A DNA stretch of 64,000 nt from an uncultured cyanobacterium (GTDB lineage Bacteria > Cyanobacteriota > Cyanobacteriia > PCC-9006 > JAAUQQ01). The notes under the pieces were generated by a model, which did not search any database, was not told the origin of the DNA, and worked only from the letters and a program-made list of their open reading frames with translations. The stretch is taken from the NCBI GenBank assembly GCA_963718615.1, contig OY970368.1:5440001-5504000 (forward strand), given 5' to 3'. How positions within the stretch are numbered: position 1 is the stretch's first letter; each line of letters begins with the position of its first letter. The translations under genes were made by a program, and so were the position numbers. Below, piece after piece: positions 28,203-38,310 of this stretch.

Positions 28203-29357
28203 TCACCTTAACCCTGCCTGCTGCGCAATCAACCGTTGTACCGCTAACACGGTTCGATTCAACTCATAGGAGCGTCGCTCAGGATGTTGCAAATAGGCTT
28301 GCTGCTCTTCTTCAAGCATGACCACATCTTCACGCACCAATCCATCCAGCATGGTTTGGGCCGCGCCAAATAGACTATCTTTGACAAATCGACGGAAGGC
28401 CACGGGAAGCTTATGCAACCGCCAGAAGGCTTCGAGGGAAACAAAGTGAATCAGGTGGGCACGGGTGTGGGTGGGACCGGTGGGGGCAAACAAACAGTAA
28501 ATCTTGAAATCTTGGCCCAAAAATGAAGTCCAGTTGGGATAGGCGTAGCTGACGTTGAGGGGTTCGGGATGGAGCTGGCGCAGGCTGGGGAAAAACAGTT
28601 GCGCGATCGACCAGATTTTATCAATGCGGTAGAAGCTTTGGGCGGTGTAGAGGGCCGTGACGCGATCGCTCCCCTCCTCCAACTGATCCAACGCCGCCGA
28701 ATCCCAAGCCTGATACCCCCGGTGCAAATGCCCGTGGTACATATCCATGAGGTTTTCGATCAGGAATGAGAAGTGGCACTCGCAATCAAGGGTAGATACC
28801 GTGGCGATGTAGTTGAGGTGGTCCCATTCGGGGATGGCTAGGGGCTGAATGGGTGAGGGAGCGGTGGGTGAGGGAGTGGTGGGTGAGGGAGTGGCGCTGG
28901 CGACGAGAAGGGAGACATCTCCCGGAAAGATCCAAATAAACCCATCCTGTTCACGAACGGGGTAGGACTTGATTTTGCAACTGGGTAGTTTTTGCTGGGG
29001 TTCTAGGTAGGGGACGACAGCGCAGCGGCCCTGGGAATCGAATTGCCAAGCATGGTAGGCGCATTCTAGGTTTTGGCCGATGACGCTACCGTGGCTCAGC
29101 TTGACATTGCGGTGGGGACAGCGGTCTTCGAGGGCGTAGGCTTGGCCCTTAGCATCGCGGTAAAGGACAATGTCGTCCTGCCATAGGGTTAAGGCTAGGG
29201 GCTTTTGGGTCACGGCACTGCTGCGGGCTAGGGCATACCAGTGGTTTTTATTGATGCTAAGGCAACGAATATCTTGGCGTCCCTGCGGGGATTGGGCTGG
29301 GGAGGGGGTGGCGGTCGGAAGGGTTGAGGGGTGAGCGGAGGATGACGCAGGCGGCAT
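28203..29357 (-). CDS. Rieske non-heme iron oxygenase, probable CruH-like carotenoid hydroxylase
   Basis: CPH...CAYH Rieske ligands, ENLMDMYHGHLH iron site; directly downstream of the CruE-like gene. Confidence 0.8.
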   Translation of the reverse strand: MPPASSSAHPSTLPTATPSPAQSPQGRQDIRCLSINKNHWYALARSSAVTQKPLALTLWQDDIVLYRDAKGQAYALEDRCPHRNVKLSHGSVIGQNLECAYHAWQFDSQGRCAVVPYLEPQQKLPSCKIKSYPVREQDGFIWIFPGDVSLLVASATPSPTTPSPTAPSPIQPLAIPEWDHLNYIATVSTLDCECHFSFLIENLMDMYHGHLHRGYQAWDSAALDQLEEGSDRVTALYTAQSFYRIDKIWSIAQLFFPSLRQLHPEPLNVSYAYPNWTSFLGQDFKIYCLFAPTGPTHTRAHLIHFVSLEAFWRLHKLPVAFRRFVKDSLFGAAQTMLDGLVREDVVMLEEEQQAYLQHPERRSYELNRTVLAVQRLIAQQAGLR

Positions 29358-29385
29358 GGGAGGGAGTAAGAGAGGGGGGAGTGAT

Positions 29386-29440
29386 GGGGTGGGAAGGGAA
29401 GGGGTGGGAAGGGAAGGGGTGGGAAGGGATGGGGTGGGGG
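29386..29440 (+). repeat. 15-bp G-rich tandem repeat (GGGGTGGGAAGGGAA x3 plus partial), G-quadruplex-capable
   Basis: Read directly; at least 11 G-tracts of 3 or more. Confidence 0.85.
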
Positions 29441-29447
29441 TTGGACG

Positions 29448-31397
29448 TTAGGCGGGGACGATGGGGGATAGGACTCCGGCGGGGTTGACGGTGAGTAAGG
29501 GTCGGCGCTGTAAGCCTTCTCGCTGGCAGATTGCGTTGGCGGCTAACAGACCGCTGCTAATGGCCCGTTCCATCAAACCGCAGGGGAATGGCATTTTCAC
29601 CCAGTCTCCAGCAAAGAGCAAGTTGGGTACTGCTGTTGCGGTTTCAGGTCGATTTTTGTAGCTGTTGGGTGGGAAGCCGGAAAAGTTTTTTTGATTGACC
29701 AGTTCCCGGTGCAGGATCTTTGCGCCTTTGAGTTCTGGGACAATCTCATACAGCTCCTGCTCGAAGGTATTGAGTACATCCTTTTGGGTGGGGAATTCCT
29801 TCTCTTTGTAACAGTAGGAATGCAGTTCAACCACGCTGCCTCCGGTGCGTTCGGCCCAGGCTTTGTAGTCGTCCTGAATGCGGTGGTAGAGGGTGATGCT
29901 GTCGGTTAAGCGATAGCCCGAAAGCGACGTGAAATCGCTGTGCTCCCAGTCAAAGGGGCGATCGAGCCAAAATCGACTGACCGCAAAGGGATCGGCGGTG
30001 GCCAGTTGGGCGATTTGGTTGTGGGTTTCTTCGTGGCGATCGCCCTCCGACAACGCAAACAAATTCCGCATCCCCACCACATCCGCCGCAAACACATAGT
30101 AATCGGCCTGGAGGGTTTGTTCAGCAACTGTATTTCCGGTTTCGCTCAGGGCGACGAGTTGGAGGCGATCGCCCTCCTGTTCCAACACCTTAAACCGATC
30201 CAGATTCCGCTGGGCCGGTCCGCCCTGGCGCTGGCCCGCCTCGCTAAACATCGCCCCATGGCAAGGACAAAGGAATGCGCCATCCTCCGCTTTATGGACC
30301 GTACAACCCTGGTGGGTACAGGTGAGAGAAACCGCTTCATCGGTTTTGCCAGGAAGCAGGGCGTAAACATCATCTCCGGCCCCATAGAAGCCTTCACCCA
30401 GACTGGCGTTAGCTTCGACCCAGAACGGCGCGGTCTTGCCGCTGGCCCCTTGCTGGTAGCGCAACTGGGTAATTTCGCCCTTTTCCCAGTCAATGCCGGT
30501 GACGGTGACGTCGGTGAGAATTGTGCCGTTGTGCGCCTGCACCTGATCGGCCACAGGATTGACCAAACTGCGGCCCATGTCTTGGCGAGTGCCCCGGAAT
30601 GCTAAGCCCTCAGGATTGCCAAAAAAGTAAAAATGGAAAAACTGCATCAGTTCGCCGGTACTGAGAACATCCGGTGCATTGAGGCTAGATTTCGCAAATG
30701 GCAAGAAATACAGGTCATAGAGCCCCTTGGGAAACTCGCCATTGACCCAATTGGATACGGGAATATGGTCTAGACGGGCGTAGCTCTTGACCGGATGAAA
30801 GGCCGTAATTTCCTTGAAGACTTCCCAATGTTCGGGCTTGACTAAATTGAGACCCCAGTTAAGACAGTTGGGCGAAGACAGGGCCAAATCAACAATATTC
30901 CAGGGAAAGGCCGAGCGGCTGGGGCGAAACACCTCGGGTTTGTATTCGTCCTTATAGACCACCGCATAGGTGGGCAGGGAGGTGAAATTTTCCTTCGCTG
31001 CCAGCTCATCGACCATGCTCCACAGATTGTAATACTGGGGAAAAAAGCCGTGAAAGCCATGCTCCATGCGCATCGCTTCGCCATTGACCTCAATGTCCCA
31101 ACTGGCAATTTTGCCCCCCAATTGAGGCGATTTTTCTAGGAGCGTCACGTCAAAGCCGCGACGGCTGAGCTCGTAGGAGGCCGCCAAGCCTGCCAATCCG
31201 CCCCCAACCACCGCCACAGTCGCAGGGCGGGCAGCGGCAAAGGGCAAAGTTAATCGGTCCTGGCCATAGATACTCGGTTCAGGCTTAGAAAAGCGAGAAT
31301 AGCCCAGCGCTCCCCCCACGGTCCCAACCCCAAAGAGCTTGAGCAAATTCCGGCGAGAAACGGCTGTGGTCAGCAGTGAGTCGGTCGAGAGCGTCAT
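29448..31397 (-). CDS. cruE: CrtU-type FAD carotenoid desaturase with inserted Rieske domain (CruE-like)
   Basis: SRRNLLK twin-Arg N-terminus, GGGLAGL FAD motif, EHGFHGFFPQYYN, CTHQGC..CPCHG Rieske insert, AGDWV..LMERA. Confidence 0.72.
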   Translation of the reverse strand: MTLSTDSLLTTAVSRRNLLKLFGVGTVGGALGYSRFSKPEPSIYGQDRLTLPFAAARPATVAVVGGGLAGLAASYELSRRGFDVTLLEKSPQLGGKIASWDIEVNGEAMRMEHGFHGFFPQYYNLWSMVDELAAKENFTSLPTYAVVYKDEYKPEVFRPSRSAFPWNIVDLALSSPNCLNWGLNLVKPEHWEVFKEITAFHPVKSYARLDHIPVSNWVNGEFPKGLYDLYFLPFAKSSLNAPDVLSTGELMQFFHFYFFGNPEGLAFRGTRQDMGRSLVNPVADQVQAHNGTILTDVTVTGIDWEKGEITQLRYQQGASGKTAPFWVEANASLGEGFYGAGDDVYALLPGKTDEAVSLTCTHQGCTVHKAEDGAFLCPCHGAMFSEAGQRQGGPAQRNLDRFKVLEQEGDRLQLVALSETGNTVAEQTLQADYYVFAADVVGMRNLFALSEGDRHEETHNQIAQLATADPFAVSRFWLDRPFDWEHSDFTSLSGYRLTDSITLYHRIQDDYKAWAERTGGSVVELHSYCYKEKEFPTQKDVLNTFEQELYEIVPELKGAKILHRELVNQKNFSGFPPNSYKNRPETATAVPNLLFAGDWVKMPFPCGLMERAISSGLLAANAICQREGLQRRPLLTVNPAGVLSPIVPA

Positions 31398-31488
31398 GTA
31401 TTACTTGGAAAAAGAAAAATTTATCCCTGGCAGTTTATACAAAAGTTTACTCTCTCAGAAAATTATTGAGATGGGGAAGATTGCGAGA

Positions 31489-31527
31489 GTTGTCAGGCAA
31501 TAAATGCAGAGAAATCTGCCTGACAAC
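31489..31527. terminator. Perfect 11-bp inverted repeat downstream of the hydrolase gene
   Basis: GTTGTCAGGCA ... TGCCTGACAAC; no clear U-tract. Confidence 0.45.
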
Positions 31528-31659
31528 CCGGAAATTCTGTATTCCAACAGACTCTACACTTCAGCCTCGTCTAAGTGTTAATACGCAGGCAATGCTTCCG
31601 GACCCCAGGATTGACCTGATTTCCACCCGAGAACTTGCGGAGAACTTGCGGAGCGATCG

Positions 31660-33315
31660 CTAACGCAGTTTTTCAGGTACTTTCTGAACGAGCACAAGAC
31701 CCAATCGCCCCTGCTCAATGGCGTCGGCGTAGCTGCTGCTGAGATAGAAGGCTGCACCGGGCTGATTTTCGAGATAGGTCCTAAAAAAGGCCAGACTGAG
31801 CGCCTTGACATACCGTTGGGCCACGGGCAAGTCAGGACCTGTAATTGTCGGAGGCAGGGGAATTTCACCTTCGGCGATCGTCGAGAAATGGGTTCCCCCA
31901 ATCATCAGCGCGAGATAGCGATCGGGACCTTCCAAGCCCTTAAAGGGACGCAGCTGTTCCAGCAAAGCCGGAGCCACGGTGTCGGAATCACTCGCCATGA
32001 CGAGCGTCGGTATCTTCACTGATTTCAGCCCTTCTGCCCCAAAAACGCTACCCGTCACCGGATTAATCGCCATCACCGCTTTGACGCGGGGGTCTTGTAG
32101 CTGTTCCTGCCCCGTGGCCACGATGGGGACACGACATTGCAGCGCCAAGGATACATCCCAACTCCTGTCAAGGTTGGCACAATCCCGCTGGAGTTTTTCG
32201 AGGTTGATGCGTGCCCCCCCCAGGGCTAGGGCTGTGTAGCCACCGAAGGACTGACCCACCACGCCCACATTATTGAGGTCGAGATTGGATTTTAGGGCTG
32301 GATTTTCCCCCAGGGCATTGAGGAGATAGGTAATATCCAGCGGGCGATTGATAAATTCCTTGGGCTCCGACACTTCCGTTGACCGCCCTTTGAGCAGGGC
32401 ATCGATCTGGGCCGCATTACTACCGGGGTGCTCTGGGACCGCGACGGCAAAGCCATAGGAGGCCAAGTGCTGGGCTAGATAGACAAAAGACGTGCGATCG
32501 GATCCCAATCCATGGGAAATGACGACCACCGGGAAACGAGTATTGCCATCGACCGTTTGGGGACGATAGAGATCGACCGGAAAGCGGCGATCGCGACTGG
32601 GATCCTGCAACTCCAAGGACTGCACCGTCCAGGTATAGGGTCCCAGTAGACGCAAATCCGGCTGCAAGTTCCAGTCGATGGGAGGTGCGGCGGCAGCTTC
32701 TACTTGGGCCTGTTTTTGAACCGCTGCGATCGCCGCCTGACTCTGTTCGACCAAGCCCCCCAATTCGCGGGAAATCTCCAAACTGCGGCCCAGACTAATC
32801 CGAATCCCCGGTGTGGGAAATTTTTTCAGGACATTCAGCAAGGTCACCCCCTCGGGATCCGCTGCCGCCAGAATTAGCGCCGCCCGAATGCCGTAGAACC
32901 CTGGCTGCTGGGCCTCCGACTGAATCACCTGTCCGAGACGATTGAGCAGGACTTCTCCCTGGGGTGAATAGAGAAATTGGGCAATGGGGATGACGCCAAG
33001 GTCCGCTTTGGCCTTCAGGGCTGCCCGCACGGCCTCTCGCTGTTCTACCGGCACAAACCGCAGAAAATCGTAGAGGTCAGGTGCAATTTCACCCGTTTCG
33101 GCATAGTTTTCTAGGGACGAGACCTGAATTGAGTCGCTTAAAATCCCCAGGTTGACAATGATTCGCTCCGCACTTAAGGCAGGGGTTGCCGGCAACAGCC
33201 CTAGGCCACTCAGCCAGACTCCGAATAACCACCGCTGCCAGACGATTTTTGAGCTTGCGATCGCCTCTCCCCACTGAGCCACTTGCCATCGCCCCATTAA
33301 AGTTAAATCAACCAT
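31660..33315 (-). CDS. Alpha/beta hydrolase with N-terminal DUF1400-type domain
   Basis: SAERI N-terminal domain, SHGLGS, EHPGS, GQSFG nucleophile elbow, GTHFS. Confidence 0.88.
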   Translation of the reverse strand: MVDLTLMGRWQVAQWGEAIASSKIVWQRWLFGVWLSGLGLLPATPALSAERIIVNLGILSDSIQVSSLENYAETGEIAPDLYDFLRFVPVEQREAVRAALKAKADLGVIPIAQFLYSPQGEVLLNRLGQVIQSEAQQPGFYGIRAALILAAADPEGVTLLNVLKKFPTPGIRISLGRSLEISRELGGLVEQSQAAIAAVQKQAQVEAAAAPPIDWNLQPDLRLLGPYTWTVQSLELQDPSRDRRFPVDLYRPQTVDGNTRFPVVVISHGLGSDRTSFVYLAQHLASYGFAVAVPEHPGSNAAQIDALLKGRSTEVSEPKEFINRPLDITYLLNALGENPALKSNLDLNNVGVVGQSFGGYTALALGGARINLEKLQRDCANLDRSWDVSLALQCRVPIVATGQEQLQDPRVKAVMAINPVTGSVFGAEGLKSVKIPTLVMASDSDTVAPALLEQLRPFKGLEGPDRYLALMIGGTHFSTIAEGEIPLPPTITGPDLPVAQRYVKALSLAFFRTYLENQPGAAFYLSSSYADAIEQGRLGLVLVQKVPEKLR

Positions 33316-33440
33316 AAATCAGCTATTTTGATGACCCAGCATTGCCTCTCCCCACGATAGCGTGATTGACTCGGAACGCGAATTGGATCAAATCATTCTT
33401 TGCATAGGGTTGATACTTTCCTTGGCTTTGGTGAGCACCC

Positions 33441-33469
33441 TTGCCAATTTTGGTGAAAATCACTATAAA
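33441..33469 (+). promoter_or_regulatory. Sigma70 promoter of the NAD operon overlapped by an NrtR operator (33448..33468)
   Basis: TTGCCA-N17-TATAAA; 21-bp palindrome TTTTGGTGAAAATCACTATAA with the GT-N7-AC core known for NrtR. Confidence 0.8.
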
Positions 33470-33518
33470 TAGATCAAGCGGTACCGCACCACTCCTTATC
33501 GCTCTGGATTGCAGAGCC

Positions 33519-34937
33519 ATGCCCATGCTGAGCGCCTTACAGTCCAAGCCTTCGGCCCATTTGGCCGTTGCCTCCGACGATGTTGGACTTCTCACGGACC
33601 TCTATCAACTGACCATGGCGGCTTGCTATGTGGGCGAGGGATTGAGCGATCGCCCCGCCAGTTTTGAGCTTTTCACCCGCCGCCTGCCCGAGGGATTTAG
33701 CTATTTGATCGCCATGGGACTAGAACAGGTCCTGGCCTATCTGGAGAGTTTTCGGTTCACTGCCGACCAAATCGCGGCGCTGCAAGCCACGGGTTTGTTT
33801 AACCATGCCCCCGATGGCTTCTGGGATCTCCTGGCCCACGGCCAATTCACTGGAGACCTTTGGGCCGTCCCCGAAGGTACAGCGGTCTTTGCCCATGAGC
33901 CCTGGCTGCGGGTGGAAGCGCCCCTCTGGCAAGCGCAAATTGTGGAGACCTATCTGCTCAATACGATTAATTATCAAACCTTGATTGCAACTCGGGCGGC
34001 GCGGCTGCGGGATATTGCAGGACCCGAAACGCAGCTCTTGGAATTTGGCACCCGTCGCGCCTTTAGTCCTCAAGGCTCCGTCTGGGCCGCTCGGGCGGCG
34101 ATCGCCGGGGGACTCAACGCCACGTCCAATGTGTTTGCGGCGCTACAGTTGGGCCAACAACCCAGCGGGACCATGGCCCATGCCCTCGTCATGGCGCTAG
34201 CGGCCCTCGAAGGCACCGAGGATCAGGCCTTTCAAGCCTTTCATCGCTATTTTCCCGGAGCGGCACTGTTGATCGATACCTACGACACCGTCGCTGCGGC
34301 CCAGCGGTTATCCGAGGCGATCGCCCAAGGGGCAGAAATTCCGGCAGTTCGACTGGATTCGGGGAATTTGCTAGAGCTCTCGCGGATGGTGCGATCGCGA
34401 CTCCCCCAAACGAAAATCTTTGCCAGCGGGGATTTGGATGAAGGGGCGATCGCCCAACTCAAGGCCCATAATGCACCCATTGATGGCTACGGCCTCGGTA
34501 CCAAATTGGTCACAGGCCAGCCGGTGAATGGGGTATACAAACTGGTAGAAATTGATGGTATTCCCGTGATGAAAGGCTCGACGGGCAAACAGACCTACCC
34601 AGGCCGTAAGCAGATTTTTCGCACCTTTGAAAGCGGTCAGTGGCGGAAAGATTGTTTAGGGTTAATGGCAGAGACGGATACACAAATTCAAACGGGGGCA
34701 CAACCCCTATTGCAACCCGTGATGCAAGGGGGACAGCGGTTGCAGGAGCCGGAAACCGTCGCGGCGATCGCCCAGCGAACAGCCCAATCCGTGGAGAGTT
34801 TACCGCGATCGCTGCGAGATCTCCAAGCGGCTGTACTCGATCCGGTTAGCTTATCTGCGGCCCTAGAATCCTTGACCCTTGCAACCCAAGCCAACCTCCA
34901 AATACAAATTGGATCAACGCAAATTGGATCAACGTAG
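33519..34937 (+). CDS. pncB: Nicotinate phosphoribosyltransferase
   Basis: LLTDLYQLTM, EFGTRRA, GTMAH, LIDTYD, VRLDSG. Confidence 0.95.
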   Translation: MPMLSALQSKPSAHLAVASDDVGLLTDLYQLTMAACYVGEGLSDRPASFELFTRRLPEGFSYLIAMGLEQVLAYLESFRFTADQIAALQATGLFNHAPDGFWDLLAHGQFTGDLWAVPEGTAVFAHEPWLRVEAPLWQAQIVETYLLNTINYQTLIATRAARLRDIAGPETQLLEFGTRRAFSPQGSVWAARAAIAGGLNATSNVFAALQLGQQPSGTMAHALVMALAALEGTEDQAFQAFHRYFPGAALLIDTYDTVAAAQRLSEAIAQGAEIPAVRLDSGNLLELSRMVRSRLPQTKIFASGDLDEGAIAQLKAHNAPIDGYGLGTKLVTGQPVNGVYKLVEIDGIPVMKGSTGKQTYPGRKQIFRTFESGQWRKDCLGLMAETDTQIQTGAQPLLQPVMQGGQRLQEPETVAAIAQRTAQSVESLPRSLRDLQAAVLDPVSLSAALESLTLATQANLQIQIGSTQIGST

Positions 34938-34964
34938 GTTGGGTAGAACGCAGTGAAACCCAAC
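34934..34964 (+). repeat. GTAG-family REP element
   Basis: GTAGGTTGGGTAGAACGCAGTGAAACCCAAC; related copies at 47637..47706 and 63857..63976. Confidence 0.75.
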
Positions 34965-35045
34965 ACCCCCAAGCTTTTCCCCCATTCTCCTTGACCCCGT
35001 TTTTCTTGACCCTGTTTTTCGTTACCTCATTATCCACCCGAATTC

Positions 35046-35690
35046 ATGCATATCGCTCTCTTTGGCACCAGCGCAGACCCACCCACCCTCGGCCATCGCC
35101 GCATTTTGGCTTGGTTGACCCAGCACTATGACTGGGTGGCGGTTTGGGCATCGGATAATCCCTTTAAGGCCCATCAGGTGGATTTGGAACACCGCAGCAC
35201 CATGTTGCGATTGCTCCTCGCCGACCTGCCCCTCGCCGACCTGCCGAACTGCCCCCAAAACATTGCCCTCTATCCAGAATTGAGCCATCCGCGATCGCTG
35301 ATCACCGTCCAGCGTGCCCGTGCCCATTGGCCCGAGGCGGAATTTACCCTGGTGATTGGGTCGGATTTGGTCGAACAGATTGGCCAGTGGTACAAAGCGG
35401 AGGAGTTGCTGCAACAGGTACAGTTACTGGTGTTTCCCCGACCGGGGTTTCGGCTGGAGGATCGGCAACTCAAGGTCTTGGGCGATCGCGGTGCCCGAAT
35501 TCGGGTCGCACCGATTATGGGTCTCGATGTCTCCTCCACGGCCTATCGCCAACGCCATCACCTTGGCGAAGCGACCGACCTCGAATCCTGCTGGTCCTCC
35601 GATCAGCTCCTGAGCCCTTCCGTGCAAGACTATATTCAACGAGAGAAGCTTTATCCATGTCCGGACGTACTGCTCGAAAAAACCTGCTAA
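35046..35690 (+). CDS. nadD: Nicotinate-nucleotide adenylyltransferase
   Basis: FGTSADPPTLGH, IGSDL, VSST; operon context. Confidence 0.92.
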   Translation: MHIALFGTSADPPTLGHRRILAWLTQHYDWVAVWASDNPFKAHQVDLEHRSTMLRLLLADLPLADLPNCPQNIALYPELSHPRSLITVQRARAHWPEAEFTLVIGSDLVEQIGQWYKAEELLQQVQLLVFPRPGFRLEDRQLKVLGDRGARIRVAPIMGLDVSSTAYRQRHHLGEATDLESCWSSDQLLSPSVQDYIQREKLYPCPDVLLEKTC

Positions 35691-36448
35691 AGCCGGACGC
35701 CAAAGCGACGGGGCCTGCTTCCTGCAAGACTTCCGTCCCAAGCAGTACCCCCTTAGCTGATTTTAAAGTAGGGGTCGATAACGTCATCTTCTCCGTGGAT
35801 TTGGTGCAAAATCGACTGCTGGCGCTGTTAGTTTTGCGCAACGAAGCCCCGTTCCAGGACCAGTGGAGTTTGCCGGGGACATTGGTGCGTCAGGGCGAGA
35901 CGCTGGAGGATGCGGCCTATCGAGTCTTGGCGGAAAAAATTCGGGTGGAAAACTTGTATCTGGAGCAACTGTACACCTTTGGCGGGCCAAATCGGGATCC
36001 GAGGGAAGCAAAAACGAGTTATGGCGATCGCTACCTTTCCGTCAGCTACTTCGCCCTCGTAGGCTACGACGAAGCGGAGCTAATCGCCGATGGCGTCAGC
36101 GGCATTGCCTGGTATCCGTTGGAGCAGGTACCGGAACTGGCCTTTGACCATAATCAAATTTTGCAATACGGCTATTGTCGTCTGCGCAACAAGTTGGAAT
36201 ATAGCCCGATCGCCTTTGAGGTTTTACCCGAACTCTTTACACTGAATGATTTGTATCAGCTTTACACCACGGTTTTGGGGGAGAACTTTTCCGATTATTC
36301 CAATTTTCGGACAAGGCTATTAAAGCTAGGGTTTCTAGCAGATACGGGGGTGAAAGCTTCGCGGGGAGCGGGTCGTCCGGCTTCGCTCTATCGGTTTGAT
36401 GCGGAGGCGTTCGCGCCCTTGAAGGATAAGCCTTTAGTCTTTATTTAA
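35657..36448 (+). CDS. nrtR: NrtR Nudix-related transcriptional regulator
   Basis: Degenerate Nudix box (LPGTLVRQGETLEDAAYR), EQLYTF...RDPR, LAFDH, wHTH with NFR...GRPASLYRF. Confidence 0.88.
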   Translation: MSGRTARKNLLKPDAKATGPASCKTSVPSSTPLADFKVGVDNVIFSVDLVQNRLLALLVLRNEAPFQDQWSLPGTLVRQGETLEDAAYRVLAEKIRVENLYLEQLYTFGGPNRDPREAKTSYGDRYLSVSYFALVGYDEAELIADGVSGIAWYPLEQVPELAFDHNQILQYGYCRLRNKLEYSPIAFEVLPELFTLNDLYQLYTTVLGENFSDYSNFRTRLLKLGFLADTGVKASRGAGRPASLYRFDAEAFAPLKDKPLVFI

Positions 36449-36483
36449 TGAGGGTTCCCATGGAATTGGGTATGAAATTAGGC

Positions 36484-38211
36484 ATGAAACTGGGATTGGC
36501 ACAACTGAATCCGATCATTGGGGATTTACAGGGCAATGCAGCGCAAATTTTGGCAGCGGCACGGGAAGCCGTGGAGCAAGGCTGTCAGGTTTTGCTGACA
36601 CCAGAGCTGTCGCTCTGTGGCTATCCGCCTCGGGATTTGTTGCTGCAACCTCGATTCGTGGCTCAAATGGGCGAAGTGCTAGACCAACTAGCTCAGGATC
36701 TGCCCCCAGCGCTTTGGGTCTTGGTAGGGACAGTGGTGGAGAATGGGCGATCGCCCCAAATCGGCGGCAAACCGCTCTTCAACGCCATGGCCTTGATTCA
36801 CCAAGGCCAAATCCAGCAAATCTTCCACAAACGTCTCCTCCCCACCTACGATGTTTTCGATGAACACCGCTACTTCGAGCCCGGTTTACAAAGCAACCTG
36901 TTCACCCTTCCAACCCCAGATTCTGCCCAGGCAATCCGCATTGGCGTCACCATCTGCGAAGACCTCTGGAACGACGAAGAATTTTGGGGCAAACGCAGCT
37001 ACCGCGACAACCCCATTGCGGATCTAGCCGAGCAGGGCGTAGACCTCGTCGTTAACCTTTCCGCCTCTCCCTACAGCCTCGGCAAACAGCGCCTGCGGGA
37101 AGAGATGCTCAGCCACCTAGCCCAGCGCTATAACCTGCCGATTTTCTACGTCAACCCAGTTGGGGGCAACGACGATCTAATCTTCGATGGCGGCAGTTTC
37201 GGTGTCAACAATCAAGGCCAAGTGATCTGCCGTGCCCCTAGCTTCATCAGCCACTTGGCGATCGCCGAATTTCCCCCTGAGGCTTCAACCTCCATCCCTC
37301 CATCTTCATTCTCCCTCTCCGAACCCGCCGAACTTTGGCAAGCCCTCGTCCTCGGTGTCCGCGACTATGCCCGCAAATGTGGCTTTTCCCGAGCAATCCT
37401 GGGGTTAAGCGGCGGTATTGACTCGGCCTTGGTGGCGGCGATCGCCAGCGCCGCCCTCGGCCCCGAAAATGTCTTGGGCATCCTCATGCCCTCGCCCTAT
37501 AGCTCTGACCATTCCATTAGTGATGCGATCGCCCTCGCCCAAAATCTTGGTATCACCACCGAAAAGTTGCCCATCGAACCGATAATGGCAGCCTTTGACC
37601 AGAGCCTCGACCCTCTGTTTGCAGACACAGCGTTTGGCGTTGCGGAAGAGAACTTGCAATCGCGAATTCGTGGCACGCTGCTCATGGCGGTGGCGAATAA
37701 GTTTGGCTATTTACTGATTAGTACCGGCAACAAATCGGAAATGGCGGTGGGCTATTGTACGTTGTATGGGGATATGAATGGGGGGTTGGCGGCGATCGCC
37801 GATGTTCCCAAAACAAAAGTCTATGACCTCTGCCGCTGGCTCAATCAGGCGGTTCAAGACCCAACACAACAGTCTGTCCTACAACTTAATATTTCCAGTA
37901 CTGAAATCATCCCCAGCAATATCATCACGAAAGCCCCCAGTGCGGAGCTAAAACCGGGGCAGGTGGATCAGGATTCCTTGCCGCCCTATGAGGTGTTGGA
38001 TGAGATTCTCGATCGCTTGATCTGTCGGCATCAATCAGCGGCGGAGATCAAGGCTGCGGGGTTTGATGGGGCGGTTGTGGAGCGGGTGATGGGTCTGGTG
38101 AATCGGGCTGAGTTTAAGCGCAAGCAGGCTCCTCCAGGGTTGAAGGTAACCGATCGAGCGTTTGGGACAGGGTGGCGGATGCCGATCGCGAAGCGATGGT
38201 CTGGAAATTAG
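36484..38211 (+). CDS. nadE: Glutamine-dependent NAD+ synthetase
   Basis: Nitrilase domain (PEL, K, ICED) plus SGGIDS, ENLQSRIRG, TGNKSE; alternative starts at 36448, 36460 and 36472 in a duplicated MKLG stretch. Confidence 0.95.
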   Translation: MKLGLAQLNPIIGDLQGNAAQILAAAREAVEQGCQVLLTPELSLCGYPPRDLLLQPRFVAQMGEVLDQLAQDLPPALWVLVGTVVENGRSPQIGGKPLFNAMALIHQGQIQQIFHKRLLPTYDVFDEHRYFEPGLQSNLFTLPTPDSAQAIRIGVTICEDLWNDEEFWGKRSYRDNPIADLAEQGVDLVVNLSASPYSLGKQRLREEMLSHLAQRYNLPIFYVNPVGGNDDLIFDGGSFGVNNQGQVICRAPSFISHLAIAEFPPEASTSIPPSSFSLSEPAELWQALVLGVRDYARKCGFSRAILGLSGGIDSALVAAIASAALGPENVLGILMPSPYSSDHSISDAIALAQNLGITTEKLPIEPIMAAFDQSLDPLFADTAFGVAEENLQSRIRGTLLMAVANKFGYLLISTGNKSEMAVGYCTLYGDMNGGLAAIADVPKTKVYDLCRWLNQAVQDPTQQSVLQLNISSTEIIPSNIITKAPSAELKPGQVDQDSLPPYEVLDEILDRLICRHQSAAEIKAAGFDGAVVERVMGLVNRAEFKRKQAPPGLKVTDRAFGTGWRMPIAKRWSGN

Positions 38212-38246
38212 CGATTGCCCATCACCTGACAACCGCTAACGGCTGA

Positions 38247-38281
38247 GGCAATGCTGCTAGCCATCCGCCAAAAGCATTGCC
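38247..38281. terminator. Hairpin between convergent nadE and the downstream gene
   Basis: GGCAATGCT ... AGCATTGCC. Confidence 0.5.
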
Positions 38282-38310
38282 CCAGTTCAAATCATCGATA
38301 TTCGTGAGAA

